This document shows, piece after piece, positions 50,948 through 63,400 of a stretch of DNA of 64,000 bases. The notes below the pieces were generated by a model. It did no database searches. It saw only the letters and a list, made by a program, of their open reading frames with translations, and was not told the origin of the DNA. The stretch is from Camelus ferus (Eukaryota), in NCBI RefSeq assembly GCF_009834535.1, contig NC_045696.1, forward strand, positions 90,026,001 through 90,090,000, in the 5' to 3' direction. Both the position numbers and the translations under genes were made by a program. Within the stretch, counting starts at the first letter, position 1; each line of letters opens with the position of its first letter.

Positions 50948-51597
50948 TTTTTTTTCCACTATTTTTTTTAATTGAATTATAGTCAGTTTACAATGTTGTA
51001 TCAGTTTCTAGTGCATAGCACAATACTTCAGTCATACATAAATATACATATATTCGTTTTCATATTCTTTTTCACCATGAGCTACTACAAGATAATGAAT
51101 ATATTTCCCTGTGTTATATAGTATAAACTTGTTTATCTGTTTTATATACACCAGTCAGTATCTTCAAATATCAAACTTCCAGTTTATCCCTTCCCACCTC
51201 CCTCCCTCCTGGCAACCACAGGTTTGTATTCTATGTCTGTGAGGCTGTTTCTGTTTTATATATATAAGTTCATTTGTCTTTTTATTTTTTTTTAGATTCC
51301 ACATATGAGCGAACTCATATGGTATTTTTCTTTCTCTTTCTGGTTTACTTCACTTAGAATGACATTCTCCAGGGACATCCATGTTGCTGCAAATGGCATT
51401 ATGTTGTCATTTTTGTGGCTGCGTAGTATTTCATTGTATAAATATACCACATCTTCTTTATCCAGTCATCTGTTGAAGGACATTTAGGCTGTTTCCATGT
51501 CTTGGCTATTGTAAATAGTGCTGCTTTGAACACTGGGGTGCAAGTGTCTTTTTGAATTAGGGTTCCCTCTGGATGTATGCCCAGGAGTGGGATTGCT
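50948..51597 (-). mobile_element. 5'-truncated lineage-specific L1
   Basis: Poly-T, then 'attgaattatagtcagtttacaatgttg', through to 'cccaggagtgggattgct'. It is the reverse complement of the same family as 34012-34758. Confidence 0.95.
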
Positions 51598-51734
51598 TTT
51601 ACCCTGGGCTCTTCTCAACTGCTGGAGGCAGGGTAACCTCTGGAGTCACAGACTCATTCCTCTGGTTACCAGCTGTGTGGCCCTGGCAACATGACTTACT
51701 CTTGGAGGCCTTAGTTTCCTCATTTTTAAAAAAC

Positions 51735-53120
51735 TATTTTTTTAGGTAATTGTAGATTTACATGCAGTTTTAAGAAATAATACAGAGAGATCTTGTATAC
51801 CTTTACCTACTTTCTCCCAATGATAACATCTTGCATAACTAAATCTCACAGCAGGGAAGTTGATATTGGTGCAATCCATCTTCCTTAATTATATTTCATG
51901 AAATTCAAATGTACTGTGTAAATATGTGTGTATTTAGTTCTATGCAATTTTATCTCAGGTATATGTTTGAGTAACTGCCACCCTATCAAAATACCATACA
52001 GGTCTGTCATAAGGATCCCTCATGCTACCCTTTTATAGCTACAACCACCTTCTTCCCTCTTCCCTCTCTAACTCCTGTCAACCACTAATCTGTTCTCCAT
52101 CTCTATAATTTGGTCATTTCAAGAATGCTATCTACGTGAGATCATACAGTATGCAACCTTTTGATATTGACTTTTTCACTCAGCTTAATTCCCCAGAGAT
52201 GACTCAAAATCATCAAGTACGTCAATAGTTCTCTTTTTACGACTGAATATTCTATGATGTGACATACCACAGGTTTGTAAACCAGCCACACACTGAAGTA
52301 CATTTGGGTTATTTCTAGTTTTGTACTATTATGAATAAAGCTATGAACATTTGTGTAAAGGTTTTAGTGTGAGCATAGCTTTCATTTTCAGGGAGAAATG
52401 CCCAACCATGCAAATGTTGCTTTATATGGTAAGCACATGTTTAGTTTTGTAAGGAACTGCCATATTTACTCCGTGATAGCTGTACCATATTACATTCTCA
52501 CCAGAACTGTACTAGTGATCCAGTTTCTTGGCATCTTCATCAGCATTTGATACTGTCACTACTTTACTTTTTATTTTAGCCATTCTGATAGGTGTGTAAT
52601 GATATCTCATTTTAATTTGCATTACTAATAATGTTAAATATCTTTTCATGTGCTTATTTGTCAACTATATATCACCTTCAATGAAATGTCTATTTATGTA
52701 TTTTGCTCATTTTTCACTTGGACTGTTTGGTTTATTTATGGTTGAATTTTGAATTTTTAAGAGTTCTTTATGTATTGTAGATAAATTCTTTCTTAGATGT
52801 GTGGCTTGCAAATATTTTCTCCCAGTCCTTAGCTGATCTTTTCAGTCTTGATGAAAAGATGTTTTGTCTTCCATAAAACAAAATTTTGATGTTGATAAGA
52901 TCTAATTTTTTTTTAAAGAATCATGCTTTTAGTGTCAAGTGTAAGAACTCTACACCTAGCCCTAGGTATCAAAGATTTTCTCCTGTTTTTTTCCTGTAAT
53001 TTTGGTAAGTCTTACATTTTATATTCAAGTCAATGATCCATTATAAGGCAAATTTTGTATAAGTTATGTATTTTGGTCAGGGTTCATGTTTTTGCTTAAG
53101 ACTGTCCAATTTCTCTCACA
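51735..53120 (-). mobile_element. Old L1 (L1MD/L1MC class) 3' region and ORF2 remnant
   Basis: 'aattgtagatttacatgcagttttaagaaataatacagagagatc' and 'ttttagccattctgataggtgtgtaatgatatctcatt...gcaaatattttctcccagtc'. Confidence 0.9.
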
Positions 53121-53129
53121 TCTTGATCA

Positions 53130-53660
53130 ATGATATCACTATTCACTGAGAAGTTACCAAGCCCTGTGGGTCTCCTCCCCTACTCCCCTAGTCGAGGACT
53201 TACTATCTCAGTCCTGGATCACTGCAATAATCTTGTACACTCTAGCTCTCTCCAGCCTCTTACCTTAATCTGTTTCTCTCCATTCTGTCCCAGAATCATC
53301 TTCAAGCCACATTTTATCATGTCATTATTTTTCTTGAATACTCTACATGGTGTTGACCAATCACAGACAGAGCCCTGGCTCATTATCTTTGCATACACGG
53401 TCCAGAAAACCCAGCCAGTTTTCCTTGTCTTCACCTCCACTTATTCCCACCTCACAATGCTTCAGCCACACCAGACATGCAAAGATCTTTCAGAGATGTT
53501 TTTGCAGACACCATTTTTTCCCACTGCTAAGCCTTTTTATCTGGGCCTCCTTCAACCCTACTTGGAAGGTCACCATTTCTCCATATCTTTTCCCTTTAAA
53601 CATGTGCTCCTCACCTCCCTAGACAAAATTAATTGCATCTCCATGAAACTCTCTTTATCA
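53130..53660 (+). mobile_element. L2 fragment
   Basis: 'tatctcagtcctggatcactgcaataatct...ccagaatcatcttcaag...atcatgtca' are L2 motifs. Accounts for the spurious 202-aa ORF. Confidence 0.55.
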
Positions 53661-53669
53661 TTCCCTATT

Positions 53670-53820
53670 ATCTCTGTTTTTTTTTTCATTTGTAAAATGG
53701 GGCTAGTCAAAAAAATTTATCTTGTAAGATTGTTGTGAGAATTAAATGAGCTAATACCTGTAAAGTATAATAAAATTATACCCCAGGTCATGATAAGTGT
53801 TCAGTGCACTGGTTATTATT
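53670..53820 (+). mobile_element. MIR SINE 3' half
   Basis: 'tcatttgtaaaatgggg...gattgttgtgagaattaaatgagctaatacctgtaaag'. Confidence 0.8.
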
Positions 53821-54649
53821 GTTGTTAAGTACAGTTATCATATGCTTTTGCTACATCTCATGTAGTAATTTATTAGAGACCCTTTTTTCTGTATTGGTTG
53901 TGTACTCCTCTTCTCCTCCAGGTTGTAAGACTTTCTATGGCACATATTACTTATTCTATATTAGTTCATTGTAGGTTCTTGATAAACATTGTCAAACTGA
54001 ATTGATTGTTTCAATTTAATTAATAAGCCAATTCAACTTAAAAATTATTTAACTGATTTTCCCTCGTAAGTCAACAAATTATTTTATTGAGCTAATTATT
54101 CTGGCAACTGATGGACATACCTCCACTTCAGTTTTTGTTTAAACTGTGCTAATACAAGCATGATACTGAAAGAACTTGCTTTTAAAACTTGCTGAAATGA
54201 GATAATCTGAGTATTCACTCATGATAGAAAATGTAGGCTTCTTCTGTTTAATGCTCCCCAGTAAGAGAACACTGATTTTTTTAAGCAAAATATTGTGCCA
54301 GCTCTAGTACAGAGGTACTATCGGAGCCATCTTCAATGTCCATTAAAATTTTACTATCTCTTCTCTGTTAGAGGAAGTTGGCTCTAGAAGGACTAGTACA
54401 GAAGAATTAGAATAGCTGAACACTTGGGTAAAGGATTTTAAAAAAATAATTTTATTAGAGAAAAGTGATGGAAATGGGAAAGATCTGGTGGACCACACTG
54501 AAAAAATGACATGCTCATTTGTAGATGATGGTTATATAAAAATAAAACTTTCCAGAGAAGCAATACTATACTCTTCTCCCACTGAAAGGAACTGAGAGTA
54601 TAAATTCAATTATTTAGGAAAAGAAATATCAAAATCTCTCAAAAGCAAT

Positions 54650-55135
54650 GTTGGTAGCATTTTGAGTTGCTTCTTCCTGCCACCGAGCCTGGCTCCAGTT
54701 TCAGGGTCTCCCTCCCCAGGTCTGGGGGTGAATCTTGATTGCCCTAAGCCTGTTCCAAGTCAATGTTTGGTTTGGTAAAGGTCCTACGAGACAGTTCTGG
54801 ACTATGAGGCACAAGAGACAATCTTCTGGGTGGTTTGTCTTGCTCTTAAAAAAAAAAAAAAAAAGAGATGTGGGAGAGGGAGCCATTCCATTGTCCTGTC
54901 TCTAGTTCTCGTTCTATGAAGATGTGCTCTGAGCTTCTGAGGTCACCACACAACCATAAAAGGCAAATATGAACTAGCACAGAACACGGCAGAACAGCAA
55001 GATGGAGAGAACCTGGGCCCGAATGAAATGACTGAGCCTCTGAACACAACCAGAACCCCACTGTCACAGGATACCTTGTTAGGCAAGAGTGCAGATCTTC
55101 TGCTATTGGTCTACAAAAGCACCTTAACTGACATA
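54650..55135 (+). mobile_element. MaLR solo LTR, MLT1K/L-like
   Basis: 'gggggtgaatcttgattgccctaagcc', 'ggcagaacagcaagatggagagaacctgggccc...tgactgagcctctgaa' and terminal 'gcaccttaactgaca'. Confidence 0.65.
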
Positions 55136-55279
55136 GCATTTATAAGTGAATTGAGTCTCTAAGTCTGCCTAACACATTGATTTTTTAAGAGAGAAACTGT
55201 AGTTTAGTTGGCTAAAAGTATATTCATGCTTACAACGAATATTCTAGAAGAGAAACAGTTGGGACTGCTGTGTAACTGG

Positions 55280-55510
55280 TGAGAAGGACAGTATAAACAG
55301 CACAGGCTCCAAAGCAGGAAACCCAGGTTAAAAATCCCACCTCTCAGCAGCTCACCAGCCTTAGGCAAGAAACTTTATTTGACTGAATTTCAGTTCCTTC
55401 ATTGTAAAATGCCCACGGTAATACGTACCCCATACATTTATAGGGAGTATTAATTGCAATAATGTAATAATAAAGGGCCTGTCAAATAAAGAAGCCAAAT
55501 AAATGTTAGT
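55280..55510 (+). mobile_element. MIR SINE
   Basis: 'caggttaaaaatcccacctct...ccttaggcaag...tcagttccttcattgtaaaatg...aataaatgttagtt'. Confidence 0.7.
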
Positions 55511-56169
55511 TTCTCTTCCCCTAATTAATCCTTTGCCAAGCTGAAACACTAACTCAGTTTATTAGAACGTTAATTCAGACGCTTTCTTTCCAGCAGGAAT
55601 TACTCTGAGAGCAAGGCTGGTGTCATCACGAGTAATTTCTACTGAAAAGGTTCCAAGCTTACCGTTTCCACTGCGAATCCTAGTGTGGTACAGAAAAGAT
55701 CAGGGAGGGTTACTTTCAACCCTAGAGAAGATTGATGTGATGATAACCACAGTGGAAGGGTTTATACGCCCTTGATTGTTTTATTCTTATACCTTGAAAA
55801 GGGCATGTGGGTGGAATTAATGGGCTCCAGTGGAAGACTGCTTGTAGTAAGTTTGCCAAATTATTTCAGCATTTTCTGTTACACTCTCTCAAAAGCGAAC
55901 CACATTTTACTGATATCATTACCAATCTCCCAAATACAATTAACACACTCTCTAATGGATATATTGTGTTTGGAGTATAAAAACACAACTAGAAGTTGGC
56001 ATTAACTAGAAGTACTCTTTATCCTTGACATAGCAATACAGGCTACTGTAAAGGTATTCACTTTTTACAGTATATGAACAGAAGTCATATTTACTTAAAT
56101 AGTCATTGATCTAGCTGCACTCTTGCACTAATAGTAAGGATAAAAGTAAAAATTTAACTGGAAGACAAT

Positions 56170-56620
56170 GTGATACCAAAAGCCTTAAAAATGTGCTTAG
56201 ACATAAAAATTCTACTTCTAGAAATTTATTTTAAAGAAAGAATTAAAGATTTCTACAAGAACTTTTCAAGAAAATTTTGCTTGCAGGAGGGAAAAAAATC
56301 CCTAAGCATTCAACATTAGAAGGTTAGTTAAATTGTGAAAAAAATCCATCCAAAGGAATACTATGCAACCACTGAAAATGAAGGTATAGAAAAAACACTT
56401 ATTGACATGGGAAGATATGCATAATGTACTGGGATCTGGAAGGTCATAAACTATTTGCGTAGTGTTTTACAGTTCTTATAAAAATAAATATATTTGTTTA
56501 TGAAAGTCTCAATAACTATATACCAAAAGAAATATGAATAATGCTTCTTTCCAAGGACTTTTTTCCTTTTGTTTTAATTCTGTATATTTTCTGTAGTAAG
56601 CATAAATTTATTGCATAGTA
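56170..56620 (+). mobile_element. Ancient L1 (L1ME-like) fragment
   Basis: 'aaattctacttctagaaatttatt' and 'atccaaaggaatactatgcaaccactgaaaatgaagg...ttattgacatgggaagat'. Confidence 0.65.
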
Positions 56621-57012
56621 AAGACATATAAGTTGTAAAAACTCGAAGAATTAGTAAAGTATACTTTTAAGCTAAACAGCAAATAGATCCCTTCACCATT
56701 CATTGTATGCATTCTGAGCTCTGGCTTTTTGGATTTCTCCTAAAATCTGATTTAAGAAGTTGAAATTTAAAAGAATAAAGACAGACTCCCAGGGCAAGAA
56801 GATCTTAGGGTTGCTCTCTTAGTGCTGTGAGTGTCCCTTTGTAAAAGTGCTGGATGATTTGGGTCTTTTTACCTATCTCATCTCACTCGGATCATAAACT
56901 GGAAAATCAATGGGCTCTGTTTCAGTCTAGGGGTGATCTCTTTAGAGCAAGCGCCTGCTTGAGCACTGAGGCTCAGTGAAGTTCTAGGCAACTTTTCTGC
57001 TCATGTTTAGCT

Positions 57013-57155
57013 CTTTTTTTTAACTGTAGTATAGTTAGTTTCCAATGTTGTGTCAATTTCTGGTGTACAGCACGTTTCAGTCATACATATACATACATTT
57101 ATTCATATTCATATTCTTTTTCATTATAGGTTACTACAAGGTATTGAATATAGTT
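57013..57155 (-). mobile_element. Short lineage-specific L1 3' tip
   Basis: 'tttttttaactgtagtatagttagtttccaatgttgtgtcaatttctggtgtacagca' mirrors the 14.7-kb L1 end. Candidate TSD ttagctctt (57007-57015) / ttagttctt (57154-57162). Confidence 0.88.
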
Positions 57156-57339
57156 AGTTCTTCATGGTTCCAAGGAAGTTTCCTTTAGAAGGAAAAACTG
57201 ATTGGTTCCTTCTAACTCTGGGATGCAGCTCCTATAGTCACCTCCAAGTGGACAAAAGCTCTGGCCTCTGTCAGAGCCCTGCCTGCTGCACTGAACTGGA
57301 CTCTGACTTATTTATAATATTATTAATAATTATTATTGT

Positions 57340-57570
57340 AGTTATATGTATTGACCCTTTGCTATGTTTCATGTGTGACCCATGCACTCTGTCAAGCATT
57401 CTCATACATAATTTTATTTAAACTCTTATTAGCAGCACTGGAAGATGAATGCTACCATTATCCCTATTTTACAGATGAGGGAACAACAGCTAGTATGTAG
57501 CTAGTAAGGGGTAGAGTCAAAATGGAAGTGTGGATCCATCTGGATTTCATTAGATGTCTCTAAACCCTTT
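57340..57570 (-). mobile_element. MIR SINE
   Basis: 'ccattatccctattttacagatgagggaac...gctagtaaggggtagagtc'. Confidence 0.75.
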
Positions 57571-58439
57571 AAATGAGCATATTTGTAATTCACCATGGGG
57601 AGAAAGTTCCATGGGCCATTCCTAGGTCTACCTAAACCAGAAAAGCAGACTCCATGAAAATACCAAACCAACTTCACAGCCATAGGAGTGATTCTGTTAC
57701 GCAGCTGTGCCCTTGGCTGGTGGTAGCAAGGACAATGAAGACATAATCAAGGGTCCCTGCATGTTCAGCTCCACACTGACTGGCTTACGATTAACACTTA
57801 ACCTCTCCAAACCTCAGGTCCTTATGTAGAAAATGAGCTTTATAATACTTGTCCTAAATACCTCATTTGTGAGCATCAAAGGAGACAATGTATGTGTAAG
57901 CACGAGCAAAGAATCTTGATTAACCCCTGCATGCAAATTACTTCTGCCCTCAAAATCCAAAAGCAATGTAACTTTTATATAGCATTTTGCAAAAGACTGA
58001 GTAAGGGGCTTTAGAAATACAGAAAAACCTTAATGTAAAAAAATCCCTTGTGTAATGTTTCCCCATGTTTAGCATTCAATTTAATAAGTCCTGAGGAAAA
58101 GCTATTGACTCCGTGTTCCCTTCTCCCATCTAATGCTCTTTGATTTAATGTTTACTCTCTAAGTGCATGAACTTTTAAATAACAGGAATTTTTACCACAG
58201 GACTTAAGGCTCTCCTGTGACTTGATGTTAGGAAATCTCCTTAGTAATTTTGGTTTCTGCTCCCTGGAAGCAAATTGGAGCTTTGACAGTGAGTTGATAC
58301 ACGTTCTGTTTTAACTTAGGGTGATACTTGGCTCAATAATTCAAAAATATACCAAGGCTTAGGATTATGCTTGCATGAAGGACTAATCTTTTAAAAAACT
58401 AATATCTGGCTGTAGGAGAAAGAAGAGATTTTTCCTGAC

Positions 58440-59070
58440 TATTTTTTAAATTGTAAAAGCAATACATGCCCATGTTAAACAATTGAAATAGTATACAAAA
58501 AGTGGAAGGTAAAAATGCCTACTCAACGCATGTTTCCACTTCTCATTGGTAAACACTACTCACAATTACTCATACATATCTTGAATTTTTTCAATGATTA
58601 AATAAGCAAATGGATGTATATGTACATCAATCTATTTTTTAACACAAACAGTATCATTCATATTACAGAGTTTCCTCTGAAAGATGCTTTTATTTTCTTC
58701 TAAAAGTATGTTTGTACAGTTTTTCATATCTGCTTGCATGGCTCTAACAGCTTTAAAATCTCCTCTGCAGTATTCCACTGCACGGATATACCATAAATTA
58801 TTTAAGCACTTTTCTCTGGATATATATTTAGTTGTTTGTAGGTTTTTAATATTCACGAACACTCCTGCAACCAATGACTGACTCTACCATGTCTCTGCTT
58901 CATGATGTGAGAACATCTGTAGGAAAATTCTTAGAAGTAAAATTGACAGGTCAAAAGAGATGTGCGCTTAAAATGCTGATGACATTACAAACTGCCATCT
59001 AAAAGTGGCTGTACCAAGTTACTCTTCCCCCTATAATTGACATGCAAGAGCCCGATCTTCACCAACAATG
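58440..59070 (-). mobile_element. Ancient L1 (L1ME-like) fragment
   Basis: 'aaaagcaatacatgcccatgtt', 'cagtattccactgcacggatataccataaatt' and 'aattcttagaagtaaaattgacaggtcaaa'. Confidence 0.7.
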
Positions 59071-59284
59071 GGTACAGACTCCACAAGAAATCATTAGACT
59101 GAGGAGCATGGTATCAATGATTCAGTGGACACTAGATTAAAATAAATATCTTTAGGTCTTAGATACCAAGAAACTGGAAATGCCTGCCTCTAAGTGTACT
59201 GTGAATTGCCAGGCTTGTTTCTCTGAGAAGAAACAAGGTTGAAGTGCACTGAAACGCTTAAGGGAGGGCTTAATGCTCTTGGAG

Positions 59285-59510
59285 GGCTTACTGTGTGCCA
59301 GACACTGCTCTAAGTGTTTTACTTACACTAAGTCATGCATTTTGCTACCAATTCTATGAGGAAGGCACTTTTATCATTCCCATTTTACAGACAAGAAAAC
59401 TAAGGCACAGAGAAGTTAAGTACATTTCCCAATGTCATTGAGCTGATAAGCGACAGAGCTCAAATTTGCACCTAGAAGTTTGAGTTGAGTCAGGTGCTTT
59501 TAACCACTTA
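59285..59510 (-). mobile_element. MIR SINE, near full length
   Basis: 'gcttactgtgtgccagacactgctctaagtgtttta...cccattttacagacaagaaaactaaggcacagagaagttaagtacatttcccaatgtca'. Confidence 0.9.
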
Positions 59511-60269
59511 TGTACCTACTTTTATTGATGGCTGAACATGTTTTACTAAACATCTTTTCTTTGCCAGAAACAATAACTGCACCACTTTATCCTCACAGGA
59601 ATATAAAGGATTATCCCTAGTCCTCAAAGATATTAAAGCGGCTTGCCCGAGTGACAGAGGGAGGATTTGTACCCAGGCACGTCTGATTCTGAAGCTTGTA
59701 TTTCTTCTACCACACCAGGTCTTCAGGAAGAGATGTATAAGGAGGCTAAGTGGGAGTCATCTCCGTCAATGAACAGAGCTTACTGGGGGCTGCATCACAG
59801 CTAGTTCTTCCTTCACTAGAGTTCTGTGTGGCTAGAATGTTCGTGTCCTTTTAATCATACGCAATGTGCTCTCTCTCATAAAGTGTGAGTTCAAATTATC
59901 CAGTGTGGGCCAAAACTGAGGGCAGAATTAGGTCTCCCAATTCCAAATATAAACAAAACCTGTTTAAGAAAAGTGACATAGTTGGGTGAGGATGAGCAGA
60001 TGGATGCCCACACTGCAGGGACATACATCACTAGAATACGGTAGCAATTTATTTTTATCTCAGTGAGCAACTCACTACCAGTCCATCAAAAGAAAAAAAA
60101 AAAGTTTGGCACTAGTTCCTGAGTTGACAACTGTATTTCCTTACTGTATACAGAAGGACTCAAGGGAGATAAGAAGAGTAACAAGATGGAGGAGAGCTTA
60201 GAGAAGAGGCTTCCGGGTAGGAGGCCCCACCAGTCAGTGCTCCACTCACAGTCACCACGCCCAGCACAG

Positions 60270-60430
60270 TGTATGAGAGTTCCAGCCCTGGGATCAGATC
60301 TGCTTTGCTACTTAGCTGCTCTGGGACTTTGGACAACTTACTGGACCTCTCTAGCCATAGTTTCCTCATCTGTAAAATGAGTAATAATCAACAGTACTTA
60401 CCTCGTTAGACTGTCACAAAGATTAAACAC
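60270..60430 (+). mobile_element. MIR SINE
   Basis: 'gtttcctcatctgtaaaatgagtaataat...tacttacctc...aagattaaa'. Confidence 0.85.
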
Positions 60431-61619
60431 TGTCCAGTACAGATCGGTGTCCTAGACATTGAAAGTGTAGTACAGAATCACCCAAGGCCTCATAGACAGA
60501 CACCCCCCCCCCACCTTTCATGCTACAGTGTCTTATTGCTTCTTTGTTTCATGCAGTCAGGAAAACACTGTCCTATATCTACATCTGGAACAAAGAAGAA
60601 GAACAGAGAAGGAGAGACAAGCCTCATGTTACCAGAACTTATCTTTTGACTATCTCAGCTTGTTAGGTACCAGTCTGTGTACAGCCACTTAGTAGCCTTT
60701 AGAGGTTAATTTGATCAATTCATAAAAGTTTACTTTTTTGTACACTGTGGATGCTAATGTAATATTACAGCAAGGGTTTTCCTGCACTATACAATAAAAC
60801 AAGTAAGCCTGGAAGAATATGCAAATTTTACCATTATGTTGTTCAGTTTTAAAGGCAATTAAATATTCGCTTTGAGCTTCTCATATTACACTGCAAATCC
60901 CTAAAAAACTTTTCTATCATTTCTGTACCTAAAGCTTATTTAGCATTAAGTCTTTGCCATTATTTCCCTTTCACTGAAAATTGGGTTTTCAATTATACAT
61001 CACAATCCTATATTAATGTGAATCTTTACTTGCAAAGAAATTTTGTCTTTTTTTCTGTTTATGTTAAATTATTTACTTCTGCCCCTTTGTTAGGTAGGCA
61101 GTGGGAGGTAGCGGCTTCAGATTTTTCTCCATGAGTGCATGTCTGTGTCTCCTGATAACAACGTTGGCACTTCTATCTGCCCTATAAACAAAGACCTTCA
61201 ATGAGATGGGCTGGTCCCGCTGGCTGGGATCAGGTGTATATGAACCCAAGACATCTTAAAAAATGAAGTCTGATAGTAATAATAATTCACTCAACCTGGC
61301 TGCTAGAAATTGCGTGGATCCAAAGAAGGTATTTTTGCAGTTGAATTTAGAGAAAGGACTCTAAATTCTGCTGGAAGAGTTGGTGCCTATAAACATAGAT
61401 TTTGTCTTCTATGCCTTAATCTTTTGTTCAAGGGACTATGAAAGTGAATTAAAATTTAGGCAAAACTTGAGGAGTTGAAAAAGCCGTGTCTGAGATGAGA
61501 TAAAAATGAAAGATTTGTATGTCATTCGTTTGGGGAAGCAAATGAGATGGTCCACCTGCAGGTGATTTTTACACCTTTGTCGCCCTCCCTTAACAAAAGC
61601 CTCCTCCTATCCACTTCTG

Positions 61620-62150
61620 GTTCCCAGACACCAGCCTCCTGGAACCCAGTTCAAACTTTTAAGTCCCCTTTGATTACTCTTTTCCCCTCAACCCCTTTCT
61701 TTAATCAATCTTGAAACCTGGTACACCCTTACTTTATATTTTCCCCTATCTTTTTCACTCTTTACACACCTAGTTCAAGATTTCACTTCCTCTTGCCTGG
61801 AATAGCAAAATACCCTTCTAATTGATCTGCCTGCCTCCTGACCTCTGTCCATCCAATGCAGCCCCTACACCATGACCACAGTCACCTGCACACAAGATCA
61901 TTTTGATCATGTCACTTCTCTGTTCCAAAAAACCTTCAGGGGAAACCATCAACTCCACAGCTACAGTTCTTTGATCAATTATGATTTACTTTTCCAGGCA
62001 TATTTCCCATTAACCTCTTATATATTTTCAAGATTCCAGTCAAATTGCCTATTCCCTTAATCACCCTCAAATCACTTCATTCTGCTTCTCCCATGTGAAA
62101 TAGCTTCTCAATTCCACAAATTCCTATCCACCCTTCAACCCCAAAGTTAA
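61620..62150 (+). mobile_element. L2 fragment
   Basis: 'ctcttgcctggaatagcaaaatacccttctaattgatctgcctgcctcc' and 'tgatcatgtcacttctctgttccaaaaaaccttcag'. Confidence 0.65.
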
Positions 62151-62539
62151 ATACAACCTTTCTGTATATCTATATATATAAACACTTCCACTAATCCTCA
62201 GCTGTAGTATTGAAATTCCACCAGCCCTGGGTCCAGACTGTCCACACAATCGGATCCTACAAGGTCTTTCTATGCCAAAGAAAAAAGCTTGGAATTTATT
62301 CTCTAGGCTATAGGGAACCAATGAAGAGTATTCAACATTGGAATTATAAATTAGAGTAGCTTTTAACTCAGATGATGCTATGGCAGTGGAGAGACTGAAT
62401 TGGATGGTAGAAGACACTAGAGATGGAAGGACCCATTAAGTAGTTACTAAATCTCCCCAGGAGAGAAGACTGAAGGAAGGGCATGTTCTGGAGGGGAAGA
62501 TAATGAGCAAAATTCTAAATGCCCTGAGTTTGAGGTTCT

Positions 62540-62695
62540 GGGGACTAGAGTGAGATAGGCAAAGCACACAGGGTGCAGAATTAAGGAGGTACTCCCTGTC
62601 AGGTGCCCATCTCGCCCTTGCATGACCATGAGAGTGAGTACTTCCTTAAATTCTTTACCCTGGGTACCCAGCTTGCCTACCCTGAGTTCCCATGG
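62540..62695. mobile_element. MER91A-like palindromic hAT-Tip100 MITE
   Basis: Arms 'cagggtgcagaattaaggaggtactc' and 'gagtacttccttaaattctttaccctg' are imperfect inverted repeats. The body matches the recalled MER91A consensus. Confidence 0.75.
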
Positions 62696-62699
62696 TATA

Positions 62700-63104
62700 T
62701 TTTGAAGAGATATCACCTTGGCAGCCAAGGAGGTACACCTCTTAGAAAGAACTTGCTGTCCAGCTGCAAGAAGTTCTTCTCCAGTTACAGAACATTCAGG
62801 ATCTGCCCCAACTTTTGAGTCAAAAGATAGTTCTTGTCCTTTCCTGGGAACCACCAGTCAGTGACCAAGCAGGTTAGGGGTACTCGGCCTGGCCATTTCT
62901 GTCCAATGTGGGGCTCCCCTCATAGGCAATCTTCCCTCTGGAGATCACCACTGAGATGGATGACGCTGTGTCTGATCTGCACTGCGTTCTGAAGCCTTTC
63001 CCTGCACAACTCTGCTTCTTACCCCTTTTGTCTTCATCCTCCAGTAAAACACCTACTCAGTAATTCTGCCTCAGCATCTGTTCCCAGGGGACCTAAATGA
63101 CACA
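62700..63104 (+). mobile_element. ERVL solo LTR, LTR16 family
   Basis: 'ggccatttctgtccaatgtggggctcccctcataggcaatctt' and terminal 'cctcagcatctgttcccaggggacctaaatgacaca'. Confidence 0.7.
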
Positions 63105-63179
63105 TCTAGTCAGCAACTGGTCACACCAGTCTGGACCTGGAGCTAGAGATGAAGTGATAAGCTGAAGTGGCCCCATCAT

Positions 63180-63400
63180 GCAGTGGTTAGAAGGCTGGGT
63201 TTCAGAGTCTGGGTTCAAATCCCAGCTCATCCACTTCTGACCCTAACCTTCAACAAGTTATGAAACTTCTCACTCCTTCCATTTCTTCACAAACAGAAAG
63301 AAGATTTTAATGAATAAATGAGGAATACATGAGATAATGCATTTGAAGTATTTAGCATAGTGCCTGGCCCACAGTAAATGCTCAAGAAACATTAATTAAC
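63180..63400 (+). mobile_element. MIR SINE
   Basis: 'ctgggttcaaatcccagctc...atgagataatgcatttgaagtatttagcatagtgcctggcccacagtaaatgctcaa'. Confidence 0.85.

Noticed and set aside
53130..53738. 202-aa ORF on +
   Set aside because: Leu/Phe/Ser-rich translation of pyrimidine-rich L2 plus MIR sequence.
56043..56072. Short hairpin tactgtaaa...tttacagta (and similar 7-12-bp palindromes at ~2917, ~15736, ~61553)
   Set aside because: Stems of this length are expected by chance in 64 kb of AT-rich DNA.
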